In this document: positions 50,506 through 64,000 of the stretch, piece by piece | Layout of the letters: every line of letters begins with the position of its first letter | Numbering within the stretch: position 1 is the stretch's first letter | Assembly (NCBI GenBank): GCA_002189035.1 | Contig: NEEC01000008.1 | Span: 310,001-374,000 of the forward strand | Length of the DNA: 64,000 nucleotides | Source of the DNA: Utricularia gibba | Taxonomy: Eukaryota; Plantae; Magnoliophyta | Reading direction: 5' to 3' | The notes under the pieces: generated by a model | Seen by the model: only the letters and a program-made list of their open reading frames with translations | What the model was told of the DNA's origin: nothing | Database searches by the model: none | Position numbers and translations under genes: made by a program

Positions 50506-53500
50506 TTCCCCCCCCCCCCCCCCTTAAGAAGGTTTCATCTTGAAACCTTACCTGCATACAATTCAGGGTGTTGCAGTCTCATTTGGACTTCTATCTCCCA
50601 TGTTGCATCTTCAAGGCCAAGGTTTGCATAGTGAATCTTCAACCACATAATCAGGCTTCCTCTCAAAGTAGTCATCTTTCTGCCTAAAATATGTAATGGG
50701 TGTATTCAATAGGTGAGGTTGTTTGCAATCCCGAACTCATCCCCTCGTATCTCCCGCTCTGCATCTAGTATATGCTTCCTTAGCTGCGATATATGAAAAA
50801 TATCATGCATTCCTGACAACCCTTTCGATAAAGCCAACCTATATGCCAGCTCCCCAATGCATTCTGTTATCGCATGTGATCCAATGAATCGGGATCCTAT
50901 CTTTCCAAACTTCGTGCTCCTAGTGAGTTCTCACTGAGGTGATAGTTGCAGATAGACCCTATCTCCCACTTCAAAGTCCATCAGCCTACGGTTGATGTCT
51001 GCCCAACTTTTTTGTCTATCCTGTCCAACCTTAAGTATCTCCTTGATCACCCTTCCCTTCTGTTCTGCATCTTGGACCAACTCAAGTCCCAATAGTGCTC
51101 GTTCCCCCACCTTGTCCTAGTGTAGAGGGGTCTTACATTTCCTCCCATACAAGGCTTTGTACGGAGACATCCCCAAGCTTGATTGATATCCATTATTGTA
51201 CACAAACTCCACCAACTAGATGCACTTGTCCCAATCTCCTTGGAACTCCAAGGCGCAAGCCCGCAATAGATCCTCTACTGTTTGGATCGTTCATTCAGAC
51301 TGCCCATCCGTCTGGGGGTGCATCGCGGTGCTCATGTGAAGCTTGCTGCCCAATGCTTCTTGGACTGCCTGCCACAACCTAGAGGTGAACCTGATATCAT
51401 GATCAGAAACAATGCTCATTGGTAACCCATGCAATCGTACTATCTTTGCCATGTACTCTCGAGCGAGACGGATGATGCTCCACTTGGAATGAATTGGCAG
51501 AAAGTGAACACTCTTTGTGAGGCGATCTACCACCACCTAGATCGCATCCTTCCCCGTGCGGGTCCGAGGCAACCCTGTCACAAAATCCATGATGACCATC
51601 TCTCACTTCCACTCAGGAATACTCAGGGGTTGTATCAGCCCGCCTAGACATTTGGTGTTCTATCTTGGTACGTTGGCAGACCTAACACTTTCCAACAAAT
51701 GAGGCAATACTCCGCTTCATCCTTGGCTACCAGAAGCTCCTCTTCAAGTCATGATTCATCTTGGTGTTCCCGGGGTGCATAGTATATCCCGATTCATGCA
51801 CCTCCCTCAGAATACGCTCCCACAACGTCTCTAAATCAAGTACCCATACTCTCCCATGCGCCGTGATTGCCCCATATGTTCTTATAGCGAAGGGAGCACA
51901 CTATCCTCACCTTGGGCCATCTTGATCTCAGCTAGTAGGTTAGGCGTCGCATGGACGATCATGGTCAGCATCCCCTCTGATACAACCTCTATCCCCATTC
52001 GTTCCATATCTGAGCACAATTCCTGAATTGGAACACTTCGGATTAGGCCATCTGCCACAACATTTGCCTTCCCAAGATGATAATTTACCATCAAGTCATA
52101 GTCCTTAATCACCTCGAGCCACCTATGTTGCCGAAGATTGAGTTTCCGCTGAGTAAAGATGTACTTCAAATTGTGGTGATCCATATAGAGCTCGCACTGC
52201 ACGCCTAAAGGTAGTGTTGCCATGCCTTCAAAGCAAATATAATTGCAGCCAACTCCAAGTCGTGCACTGGGTAATTCCTCTCGTGATCCTTTAATTGCCT
52301 AGAGGCATAAGCGATGACCCTGTCGCCCTGTATCAATACCTCCCCAAGGCTTTTACCACTAACATCCATATAGACCACATAACCCTTCCCTTTCTAAGGT
52401 AGCGCTAGGATAGGGGCTGTGGTGAGCTCCTTCTTCAACCCTGTGAAGCTCTCCCGGCATTGATCCGTCCATGTGAACATCTTCTGTTTTTGTAATAGCT
52501 TCGTCAGTGGCTGGGTTTTCTGAGAAAAAGATTTGATAAATCGTCTGTAGTAGCCAACAAGGCCCAACAAACTCCATACATCCCCAACTTTCTTAGGTGT
52601 CGGCCACGCCACCACCACCTCCACCTTTTTTGGATCCACCTTGACCCCCTTGCCACTGATAATACGTCAAAGGAAGCTAATACTCAACAAATAAAACTCA
52701 CATTTTCTCACTTTAGCATATAGTGTCTTCTTGCGGAGCTGCTCAAGCACAACCCACAGGTGTTCGTCATGGGTGTCTTCGTCCAGAGAGTACACTAGTA
52801 TGTCGTCTATGAAGACAATCACAAAGCTATCGAGATAAGGTTGGAATACCCTGTTTATCAAGTCTATAAAGGCTATAGGGGCGTTGATGAGGCCAAAAGG
52901 TAGCAGCACCACGAACTCAAAGTGCTCATATCATGTCCGAAACACCGTCTTAGGAATGTTGACCTCTCGTATCTTCAACTAGTGGTAGCCCGACTGTAAG
53001 TCAATCTTGGAGAATACCATCGCCCCCGTCAATTGGTCAAAGAGATCGTCAATCCGCAGTAGTGCATACCTATTCTTGATTGTCACTTTGTTGATCTCCC
53101 GATAGTCTACACATAATCTTAAAGTCCCCTCCTTCTTCATGACAAATAGCACCGGGACACCCCATGGAGATGTGCTAGAGTGTATAAATCTCTTAGCCTG
53201 AAGATCCTCCAGTTGTGCCTTAAGTTCCTTCATCTCTATTGAGGCCATACGAAAGGGTGCTTGTCAGATTGGTGCGGCCCTTGGAAGTAGTTCTATTTTG
53301 AACTCAATCTCCCTATCTGGCATTTGACCAGGAAACTCCTCCAGAAAGATGTCATTGTACTCCTGGATGAGGGCTCGAGCCCTCTCTGCTGGTGCACCTT
53401 CACTGTCTGGTTGGGGGACGTAGGCCAGCAAATCACAACCTATCTCGCTCATCTGCCTTGTCACTTCATGAGACCCACTGTCTAGGTGATACTCCCATTT

Positions 53501-54520
53501 CCGCCCCATGCTATCTTCTAGTTCTACCACCCTCACTGCACAACCAATCCGTGCCTTATGTTTTTGTAACCCATCCAATCCCAGAATGACATCCATTTCC
53601 CTAATATCCAGCCCCTATCAGCATTGCTACGGCCTCCATCTCGCCCCAATTGAATGGTGACTCCCTGATACCGCTTCTTACCCAACAGCACCCCACCACC
53701 TAGGGTTCTAGCTCTGAATTCTATTCGCAATTCCTCCCCAACCAAGCTCAACCATTCCGCACATTGCTCCGATATAAACGAGTGTGTAGCTCCAAAATTA
53801 AATAAGGTGATAACTTCAGTATTAAAGAGTTTGATCGTAACTATGATGGCCTTGTCGTCGCACTCTGCCTCAGTGCGGTCAAGGTAGTAGACACGCTCAC
53901 TATTGTGGTTGCCCTGTTGCACTCCCTGTCCTGTCGCTTGTGTGGGGCAATTCCTTGCGAGATGTCCACCTTGCCGACATGAATAGCATACTCCTGCCCG
54001 ACACTCCCCTATATGCCTCCTTCCACACTAGGCACATTTCGGATTGGGGTTCCATCTGCCTTCCCTTCTTTCTTGATTCACCACTTCAACCTTCCTTTCG
54101 CCGGTGCTCATATACTTGTTTCGATCCTCATCCAATGGTGCCAACTCAGTTTCAACTAGCAAAGCTGACCTCAGTAATTCAACCATTGTCTCTGTTGCCA
54201 CTGAGATGAGTCTCTCATGAAGTCGAGTCATTAGAGCCTGTCGAAACTTCAGCACCATCAATTGCTCTCCGCCTTCCAATCCAAGCATCACGTGTGACAG
54301 ACACTGATAGTGAGTGTGGAAGTCGTATATTGTCTCGCCACTTTGCTTTGGAAGTATGCTGGTCCGATGATATATGAATATCGACTGGAGCCCCGTTGCC
54401 ATGCTCAAGTTTCTCGCCAATTTGGATGTGGCCATGTTATTCCATCCCTTCCAGATCGATATCCTGCAAAACATAAATTCACCAAAGACCCCTATAATAC
54501 TGATTGGACATTGAACCATG
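50506..54520 (-). mobile_element. Degenerate Ty3/gypsy chromovirus (Tekay/Del-like) gag-pol; 5' LTR not seen
   Basis: FGATHSFIS (protease), [23 protein letters not shown] and [13 protein letters not shown] (RT), DHHNLKYIFTQRKLNLRQHRWLE (RH), VDRLTKSVHFLP..HPQTDGQSE (INT), EDATWE (chromodomain). Confidence 0.9.
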
Positions 54521-55749
54521 TTGCACGTATAGTTTTATAGGCATCTAGGCACACTCACATTCTCTAATTGCATGAGATACTTATAGTGTCTGAGGCGGTG
54601 TACATGGCATTATATAGGCCGCATGCATTATTGTATATTGGAAGAAGAAGAAAGAAGGGTGATGGATATTAGAGGTGCGTCTGGTTCCGAACTGTATGGC
54701 TCCAATGAACCGTTGATTCCCAATCGTGGTTCGCCATGGGCAACAGTTCCGTTTCGGTTCAGAAACGCATACCCAAACCTTGAACTAAATTGAAACCGGA
54801 ACAAAGATTCACGAACCAAACTGTAACCAGAACCGATCAGTTACTATGGGAATACGTTTTCTAGGCACCCATATGAACCATTATGGGTGTTTGGCAGTGA
54901 AGTTTTTAACAATTATTAATTTTATATATTTTAATATTATCAAATGATATATGTAACAATATTAATTTTTGTATTTCATTAGATATATTATGTGATATAC
55001 TATGTTAATTTATAAAATACCTTAGTTTAGATTACTTGATAAAATAACCTAATAAAGTATAATTAAAATTAGTATAATTTGTGACTTAAATAAATGAAAT
55101 AAATTATTAAAATGATTAAATTATTAAAATTTGAATATACATATGATAAAATTAAATTTTTTTAAACAAATACAACAAGATTATAAATCATATAAAACCA
55201 ATAAAATTATTATTTATATATTTATTTTTTAAAATGAATATTTTTGTACAGTTGTTTTTTATAATCTCTTGTAAATATTGCGTATTTTTCAAATTAAAAT
55301 CAAAACGTCATCTATTTTATAAAGTGTTTCTAAATGTCATTTATTTTTAAAACAAAAAGTAAAAAGGATTGAATAGATTAAATTTAAAAATTTACATCAC
55401 ATATTTATCACAAAATTTACATCACAAAATTTACATCACATAGTAAAAAGGTGTCTGAAGAAGATTCTAGACACACTCAAGAACGTATCAGAGTGTCTGG
55501 AAATTCGACAACCATGACCCTGAAGGACACGCTGCCCAAGCACACTTAACAGAGCTTATACATGTTCATATGTGTTCATATTGATCTAGAGGATCGCTAT
55601 TCACTGGAGCATATTTCACACAATGAAAATAGGAATTCAATGAATTTAATCGTAACGACATAATTGTCTCATAGAAAAAAAGTTAATGAAAGTATTCCAA
55701 CTACAACATAATTGTCAACAAGAACTAATATTAGAGGTTTCCTCTATCA

Positions 55750-57830
55750 CATAGGCATGCATAATACTCCCATAATGCATGTCCTTCACGTATGTGGAGC
55801 TGTCCTATTCGGTTGACATTAATATAGCTTGAAACATCATGAGCATATCGTAACTCTTCAAGGAAAGTTCGCATCTCACCATCAACATTTAGTGATGCAT
55901 CATCTCTATTAATATGTGAATAGGTACTTGGAAAAACATGATTATTTTTCTAAAAAATGTAGGGTTAGTTTTGATATATAACCAAGTGTATGTTAGAGGA
56001 GAATAACAAAAATGGCTTACCAGATTTTTCATTGACTTGAGAGGTGAGTCATCAATCAATAAGGTATTGTGACGATCATATCTTGTGTTCAATCCATTAT
56101 TGACAGCCCATATACGACTCAACTCTTTGATGTAGACCGTGTTGCTAGGATTGTTGTGAACACGTGCATCTGTGTCCATAGTCATTGATTGGTCCCTCAA
56201 GAAAATGAGTTTATCGAATAACGAAGGTGTAAAGACTCATTTAGTAATTGCTTGCATCTGCATCCTACAAAAGAAATCTCTTACAAGTATTTGTGCAATT
56301 CTAAATACCAACAAAAAAAAAAAAGATGCAACACATGTATCCACTGTGGGATGACCACAAAGCTACATCAAAATTATCCAAACACCAACTAATAAACTCA
56401 TGGGCATATGAATATAGAAAGATTGCATATATTACACTAAAAACTACCTATGATATTTCACAAAATGTTACTGCATATAACACACAAAAATAAATGTTGT
56501 GTTAATGTACCTGATCGACCATATATGATTTTGTTTAGAGGGATTCGTGACCTTGACGGTCTAGCCCTATATACGATGTATGCAAGCACATCATTTACGT
56601 TCAAGATAATCAGCTTTCATTGAGGTTTAGACGCACTCAAAGAGGGTCCAATATACGCTCAACCGCTTTCATACCAATCCAACTTATAGCGAAGCTCTTC
56701 ATTCTCCTTTCCTATCATCCACATCATTGAAACCATGCATGTGCTCATCCCTTCAACATCATTGCCATCTTATGTCCTCTCATCCCTAGACATGTCTTTA
56801 TGATACTGTAGGATTCTTCAACACACCACACCAATATCGTTTTATCCTCAACGCATCCACAAATGTTGGTAAAATATCAATAAAATTCCTTAGCATACTT
56901 GATAAGAGTATAAGATCTTTTATATCTCTCTTATGTAAGATATCAAATCTTATAATAAAATAGAATTATTATGAATAAATTCAATAAAAATATTCAATAA
57001 AAGTATTGAATATATTCAATAGTACTATACTCGATAAATATACACTTAATAAGAATACATTAAAAAAAAATTTAATAAAAATATTAAATAATAATATATT
57101 GAATATGAATATATTTAAAAGATATTCAACAAGAATAGATTGAATAAAAATAGATTAAAAAAAATTCAATAAAAATATTGAATAAGAATAGACTGAATAA
57201 AAAAATTCAAAAAAAATTCAAAAAGAATACATTGAATAAAAATAGATTCAAAAAAAATATTCAATAAAAATATTGAATAAGAATAATTCTAAAATAAATG
57301 TAATAAGAATAGATTGAATAAAAATAGATTTAAAAAAAATATTTAATAAAAATATTGAATAAGAATATAATCAAAAAATATTCAATAAAAGTATTGAATA
57401 AAAATATTCAACAAGAATAAACTCAATAAGAATACATTTAATCATAATAGATTCAATAAAAACATTCAATATGAATATTCAATAAAAATATTAAATATTT
57501 TTATTCACATTTCTTATACCTATACAATGAAAGATTTACCCTTCACCTTGCCTACTTCACTTAAATTAGGATGCATTTGAGGAAACTTGGCTTCCATTGG
57601 ATGACATATCCAAACAAAATTTGTCCATCATTCTTCAAATTCTCTTCTCACATTCTTCATCAACACCAACTTTTTTTTTTCTATTTAGGGTATAGCGGTT
57701 CCTATTTAGAGTCCTAGAGTAAACACTCATAGGAAAGAAATAACAAGGATCCACCTCAAGAGACAACTCCTCACAAATACTCACAATGGCCAACACATAT
57801 AAAATAGATCTTAGAGTCAAATGGGACAAA
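55750..57830 (-). pseudogene. Transposase_28-like/FCP1(NIF)-HAD fusion gene, copy 5
   Basis: SHLTLRSILYVLAIVSICEE, KLIILNVNDVLAYIVY, VYIKELSRIW..NTLLIDDSPLKSMKN, HVFPSTY..DASLNVDGEMRTFLEEL..HALWEYY. Confidence 0.78.
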
Positions 57831-58399
57831 AAAAACCTCTAAACATTCTAATATTTCTTCTAAAAATGGCAATAATGGTAAGTGCAAACCACAATGAAAA
57901 TGCTCCATGCTTAAGGCAAACCCCATTCGACTCACAGGCAATAATGGTTCTCAATTTTTCAGAAGTTTGCATCTACAAAACATCCATAGGTATTGTATAC
58001 AAAATCAAACTGCAATAATTCGACAAGGTATTTCAATTTGGAATATAGATCAGTAACCTATGGTAAAAAATAAATCACTTACCTTGTTTGATTTAAACAA
58101 TACTCCAAGTAGACGGTGGGCGATTAGAGTTGTCTTAATTGACAACATAGGGAGTAGGTAAAGTGGGGACAGGGGTAGTGATGTGTAATGTGGTGTATAG
58201 GTGTATGGGGATTTGGTTTAATTAACCAAATCATAGGCTAATCACTCGGTGATAACCCATGTTTTCCCCACACCCTAATCTAACCCCTACACCTCACACC
58301 TCGCAGACAGATTAGACAAAATGTGCCTTATCAACGATGTCCGATTGGGCCCTTCTCCTTAGGTGCTTGAGGCCAACCTTTGATTCTCCCACACTCTTT

Positions 58400-59097
58400 T
58401 AGGGCTATATGGTACTAAAGATTATGCTGGTAAAGAAAACGTTGCAAAAAACAGAATCAGACCTCAAATTAAATGCTGAAAAACATAGTAAGACAGTCAC
58501 ACACGTAGGACTTGCGCAAGCAAGGCTTCACCGCAGATCCTCAGCCGCAAGTGCTCACACGCGCATGCTCGACTCTAAACAAAAAAAGTTGATGAAAAAC
58601 GAAAGGAAAGGAATCCAAAACATGGTAGACTCGACTCTAAACCCTATATTGACTTTCTAGTCGTCCACAATGACTCTATCCTTTTGATCTTCGCGTTTGG
58701 ATCTTTATATAATGGTAGGGACTTGTCGGGATTTCTTGATGGGCTCATATCAAATCTTTTATCCGGATCTTCTAAGATTTGATACAAATCTTCTAGGATA
58801 AGATCCAAATTTTTTAAGATAAGATGCGAATTTTATCTTATCCGAGAATCTTTGACTGAGTCTTCATCCAGATAAACTGAATCTTTGACTCCATCAAAGT
58901 AGCTCGAAAATCCCCCAAATTATGCCAAAATTATCCTGAAAAATCACAAAACAAACTTTCCTTCCAGAAAGATCAAAGTGGTATGAAATATATAAAATTC
59001 TTCAAAAAACATAAGGAAAGTGGGATAAAAAGAATGCAAAACCCATCTAAGTGAATCCTAAAAATCACAAATATATGTGACACAAAATCACTTATCA
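58400..59097 (-). mobile_element. Probable truncated Athila-like LTR fragment inside hAT A2
   Basis: The minus strand begins TGATAAGTGATTTTGTG at 59097; no matching TSD found, left boundary approximate. Confidence 0.3.
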
Positions 59098-59239
59098 AGA
59101 TACATTGTTTGAATCATACAATCTTAATTAAAAGCATGAATACAACATTTCATTATAAAGTAATAGTATTTCATAGAGCACACAATATTTCTAAATTAGG
59201 AGTTTTCAATTTCATCTTCACTTGAACTTAAGGACAACG

Positions 59240-60620
59240 TTTAATTTCATTTCATTGCCTCCAACTAATCCTTTAGACAAATGCATGCCTCCAAGGTCTC
59301 TGCATTCAATTTGGAGCGCTTGTGATTAAGAACTTGTCCCCTTGCGCTAAACGCACTTTCAGATACCACTGTAGATACTGAAGGTGTTATAAGATATTTG
59401 ACCATTCTAGCCAAGATGGGGTAAGTAATAGATATTGTTTACGCCAACTCAATATATCAAAGTTGTCATCATCAACACCCTCAACAATAGGAGTATTATT
59501 GTAAAGTGTAATTTGATCAATAAAATTTAATGAAGATGATGAAAGGGATGACACAAATGAGCTATGTTCCTACGAATAATGTCTATCGGATTGCAACTGC
59601 CAAACATCGTATTATTATATGTTTTAGGAATAGGAACATTAAGATCACTGTATTTAGAAGCATAAAAGAAATATTTCAAAAATTTATTTTTCATATTTTG
59701 CACTTCATTTCCCAAAAAATCACAATCACCTTGATGATCATAAAAAGTAAACGAAATTTTACAAACATATGATAATAGAAGTTGAAAAGTTGGATAATAA
59801 ATATCACTCAAAATTTTAGTACAAGAATAATAATCCTATTTCGCACTAAACCTCTTATTTTTTCAAAAATAGAATGAGTCAATAAATTATAACCTGTAAA
59901 AAATTCACAAAATTCAATAAAAATATTTTCATAAGGAATCAAAAATTGTAACATATTATATATAGAATTCTATTTAGTTAGACAATTATTTTTAAATTTA
60001 CAATAAGAGATATTTATTTCTTAACAAGTCATTTTAAAATCATCTCATCTATTAGATATAGTTCTAATTATATTAACTAAATCACAAATAGGAGTTAAAA
60101 AAATTTCACATTCTTTCAAATCACTTTGAACACACAAATTTAAGATATGATAAATGCACCTAGTGTGGAAAAAAAATGTTATTCAACATAGCATTCATGC
60201 TACTCTTCAAAATGTCAATAGCATTTGTATTTACACATGCATTATCCAAAGAAATAGAAAAAATCTTATCATATATTCCATAAAATGGTGTGACCTTTTC
60301 AGCAATTTTAGCAATAAAAAAACCATTATATGGTGATGTCAATTCTTAAAAAGCTATAATTCGTTTTCGCATACACCAAGAATTATCCATCCAAGAACAT
60401 GTAACAACAATATAACTCTCATTGTTACAACATTTCCAACCATCACAAATTAAACAAAAATTACATTAGAAAGATTTAAAAGTAGAAATTAAGGAGTCAC
60501 ACATGTTTTTAAAATCCTCAAGTGCAATATGACGCACGGTTTTCTTAGTAGTACCGCAATTGAGGTTGTTTCAACATATCATCAAAAGAAGCTTTTTCAA
60601 ATAATGAAGATCCAAAATTA
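59240..60620 (-). pseudogene. hAT transposase of family A (catalytic part, DUF4413-like region, dimerisation domain), degenerate
   Basis: ICDGWK..YIVVTCSWMD..W.MRKRIIAF, ISLDNACVN, MKNKFLKYF, YPILARM..VSTVVSESAFSA..LN.ETLEACICLKD. Confidence 0.88.
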
Positions 60621-61179
60621 TTAAAAAAATTTGAATTGTTTAATAATTTTCTATTGATGTTATATATTTTATATTTATTAATCTCACTATAATTTTATAA
60701 TTTATAATATTTTACTGAATATATTGTTGGATATACTATATTAATTTATAAAATGTCTTATTTTAGAGTACTTTGTAAAATACCTCAATAAAGTATAATT
60801 AAAATGAATATAATTTGTTACTTAAATAAATGAAATAAATAATTAAAATAATAAAGTTATTAGATGTTGAAAATTCATATGATAAAATTAAATTTTTTGA
60901 AATAAATACAATAAGATTACAAGTCATATAAAACCAATAAAATTATTTTTTATATTTATTTTACATTTTAATAGATAGATTTTATGTAATCTTTTGTAAA
61001 TATTGTGTATTTTTTAAATTAAAATAAAAATATCATCTATTTCATAAACTTTTCCTAAACTTCATCTATTTTGGAAACAAAAAATAAAAATAATTAAATA
61101 GATAAGATTTATAAAATTAAATCACAAAAAAATATAAATAACAAATTTTTGTCTTTCCAATTTGCTTACCTGGAGCGGG

Positions 61180-61395
61180 AACCATTTTCCAGACACCAAC
61201 ACAAGCCAATGTGGGTGTCTAAGAAGAGCATCTGAGACCATTCCCCAAGCACCCACATTTGCTTGCATAAGTGTCTCGATAGGGCAACTGAGACCATTTT
61301 CTAGGCACCCACAACTCTTGTGGGCGTGTCTGGGAAGAGGTGCTTGAAAAGATTTTCCAAGCATCCACTTCTCTCGTGTGGGTATCTGAGAAAAG
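61180..61395. repeat. Four tandem units with exact 56-bp period carrying (A/G)CACCCA-N11/12-TGGGTGT-type palindromes
   Basis: Left arms at 61193, 61249, 61305 and 61361; spacers 12, 12, 11 and 11 nt. Confidence 0.85.
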
Positions 61396-62399
61396 TGTCT
61401 AAAATCATATACATTTATTCAATATTTATAGTTTTTTTAATTTTTTAATCCGAACCGTACGGTTCACGGTTCGGAACTATGAACACTACGGTTCAACATG
61501 GGTCGGAACCATCGATTCCACGGTTCCAATTATGTCGAACCGAACCAAAACCGTACGGTTCTGGTTCCGAAAAATTGGAGCCGTAGAGACATTGATCTCC
61601 TGGAACTGAGCCGGAATTAGAATCGATGGTTTTGGTTCGAACCGAGCCCACCTCTATTGGATATCGAGGTGGAGATGCAGAGCCGATAGCTTATGCGGTA
61701 AAATGAACCATTATGTAAATATGAGTTAGATCATCTAAACTAATTTCTAATATCTTGTTTGTTTTAAAGTCGTACAATTAGACAGATTTGGTGCTAGGGA
61801 TCAAGAAGCAACGTGGGTGTATGAGGGCCTGAGCCAGTAGCTTAGATGGAGCCAATCGCTTGTCACGTAGCAGTCACCGCTACCTGGTGATGCTGCACAA
61901 GTCCACATGGACTAAACATACGAGGATTTCAATCCACAGATGTTTCAGTAGTATGTGGCACCAATGAGCATACCATCAATATGCAAGGCTCCTTCTTTCT
62001 AAGTACAACCACCACTCTTGGCTATCACTCCGTCATATCCTTGGCCACCTCCTTACCCCTAGTTCATGATACCCCATGTCGCATCGAGTCAGTCTAGTAC
62101 TGGGATGGGACATGCGTATTGGAGATTACCATTTCCACCATCATATAGTGGTCCACATGATGCGACATGTCCGTCATCATCACGACGATGCAGGCGTGGG
62201 TGGATGTATTTTGTCATAATAAACCATGATGTAAATCATTATCGAATAAGTTACTTTTATGAAAGTAGTTTGAAAAAAATCATATAGAAAATATCAAAGA
62301 TAAATAACTTTTAATAGCAATTAATCAAAGTTGTTCAAACCATAAAATATCGAATTTATCAAACTATTCTGTTGATGGTGAATTCACTCCCCAATCCAT

Positions 62400-64000
62400 C
62401 GCGTTGTGTATTCTTGTGGGATACTGTCTACCAACGATAGGATCATGGTATGGGGTCTAACCCAGGTAGGGGACATAGGTATCAGAATCAAGAGATTTGA
62501 AAACCTCTTTACTCAAGAGATTTGTCGTAAAGCATGCAATATATTAAGACTAATCATGAGATTGTTGGCACTTACCTTCACCTTTTCAGCACCAGCAATA
62601 GCATGAGAGCATGGAACACCATACTTAGTCCACTTTTCGGAACTACAAGTTTGATCACAAAGCATCACTTTGTATTAATAGCATCTCTCTTTCCTATGGG
62701 TGACGGCTTCAATCTAAAATGATATATATTCACAGTCTCGAATTGGTGCACCTGGTGTGTCTTGGCTCGTTCTTGTGCTCTGTCCCAAAAACATTTTTTC
62801 TCCTTTGAGAGAGTCCGCGTACATCGATAACAAATGTTATACACGAAGTAAAATAATAAAATATTAAAAACGCTCAATATTGTACCTGATGGTTTTCTGT
62901 CATTGAGGTGATCTCCTATTTATGCTCGTAGAGGATGGTAGCTAACTTGTACAACGTAGTCTCAACAATTGTATTTGAGGGAAACCGACGACAAACCTTG
63001 AAAACGATGTTCATGATCTCTATTGCATTAGAAGTTAGATTCATGTAGCGTCTGTCCAAATCATATGAGAGTGTACATCTCTCAAATGAATCATTTTCCG
63101 GCTCAAAGAACCATACATAAGCTATCGAATTTTTCTTTTGAATCCTTTCGAGGTATATCATCAACTTTCTTGGATCATAGGTTGCTTCATATTGTAAGCC
63201 ATTTGCTTAATTATTTTGCTTCCAAACTTCTTGTTGAAGTTGGAAACATAATGATGCAAACACCAAAGTGGGCTAGATGGCCTTCTTGAAATCTAACGTA
63301 ATTTCTCACAATTGCAGCATGCCTGCAACTCTGTCCTAGATTATGCTAGCCTAGCCTTGACAAAAAAAGTGCTCATATATAAACTAGAGATATGCATCTC
63401 TACAATCCTTATCGATGAATGCATAGGCTAGCGGTAGGATGTGATCACCTCAATCATTGGTAGTGGCCATGAGCAACTTGTGGTCATAACATACATATAA
63501 AAAGATGGCATCAACCATAACAACAGTCATGCAAAACTTGAATGCTCGAATAAATGGATCATAGGCCCAAAAAACATAATGTATGATTTTATGGTCCTCT
63601 CCTTCAATAGTGGGAAAACAGTCCCACGAGACCACTGTACCCAGATTGGCCTACATGATTGCCACAAATAATACAAGTACCTTTTGCACCAATGATTCCA
63701 ATGTTTCATAGACCAACTCAAAAGCAAGTTGAGTACCATATCATGTATGTTCATAAGTAATCTTCTTCTGATATTTTTCAAAAATACCTTTTCGAGCATC
63801 TGCAACCTTAATCTCTACAACAAAGAAAAATTATTAAAAATGTAAACTATGTAAAGAAATTTAAGTAAAATTTAAACTATACCAGCTTCTTTATGTACAG
63901 TATGTATAAGTTCATATCCAATGAATAAATCAGAAAAGTTGCAATGTTCCACTCCATCCATGTATACCATGCAAGTATGTGTAAAGTACAGATTGATACT
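62400..64000 (-). mobile_element. MULE/MuDR transposase remnant running off the window
   Basis: YVFWAYDPFIRAF..VVMVD..LY..KLLMA..D..HILPLAYA, CLHHYVSNF, CTLSYD..RRY..LTSNAIE..N..FK..RRFP; many stops. Confidence 0.78.

Larger units (their letters stand above)
54670..61656. mobile_element. hAT element family A, copy A2, both ends present (6987 bp)
   Basis: TIRs TAGAGGTGCGTCTGGTTC and (reverse complement) TAGAGGTGGGCTCGGTTC; 8-bp TSD ATGGATAT/TTGGATAT (7/8); AACCG-rich subterminal regions. Confidence 0.9.

Overview
Flowering-plant nuclear DNA. A compact block of host genes occupies 17.8-36.2 kb (WHIRLY1, DUF1338/HGLS-FLO7-like, an RLCK-VII/PBL kinase, an NPF2 transporter, a P-class PPR protein, a BPE-like bHLH and a PP2A catalytic subunit). 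A MYND-finger gene sits at 47.4-49.3 kb. The rest is nested transposon DNA: a three-LTR chromovirus composite bounded by one GACTA TSD with a PIF/Harbinger element inside it, several hAT elements, a solo LTR, a Tekay-like Ty3 and a MULE remnant. The main observation is five dispersed, decayed copies of one multi-exon gene that joins a Transposase_28-like N-terminal domain to an FCP1/NIF-type HAD phosphatase-like domain. The copies sit inside different DNA-transposon backbones (Harbinger, two hAT types, possibly CACTA). Each copy is accompanied by copies of the same spaced palindrome (about GCACCGC-N12-GCGGTGC), most often in short tandem arrays. All family assignments come from motif recognition by eye; no database search was run.
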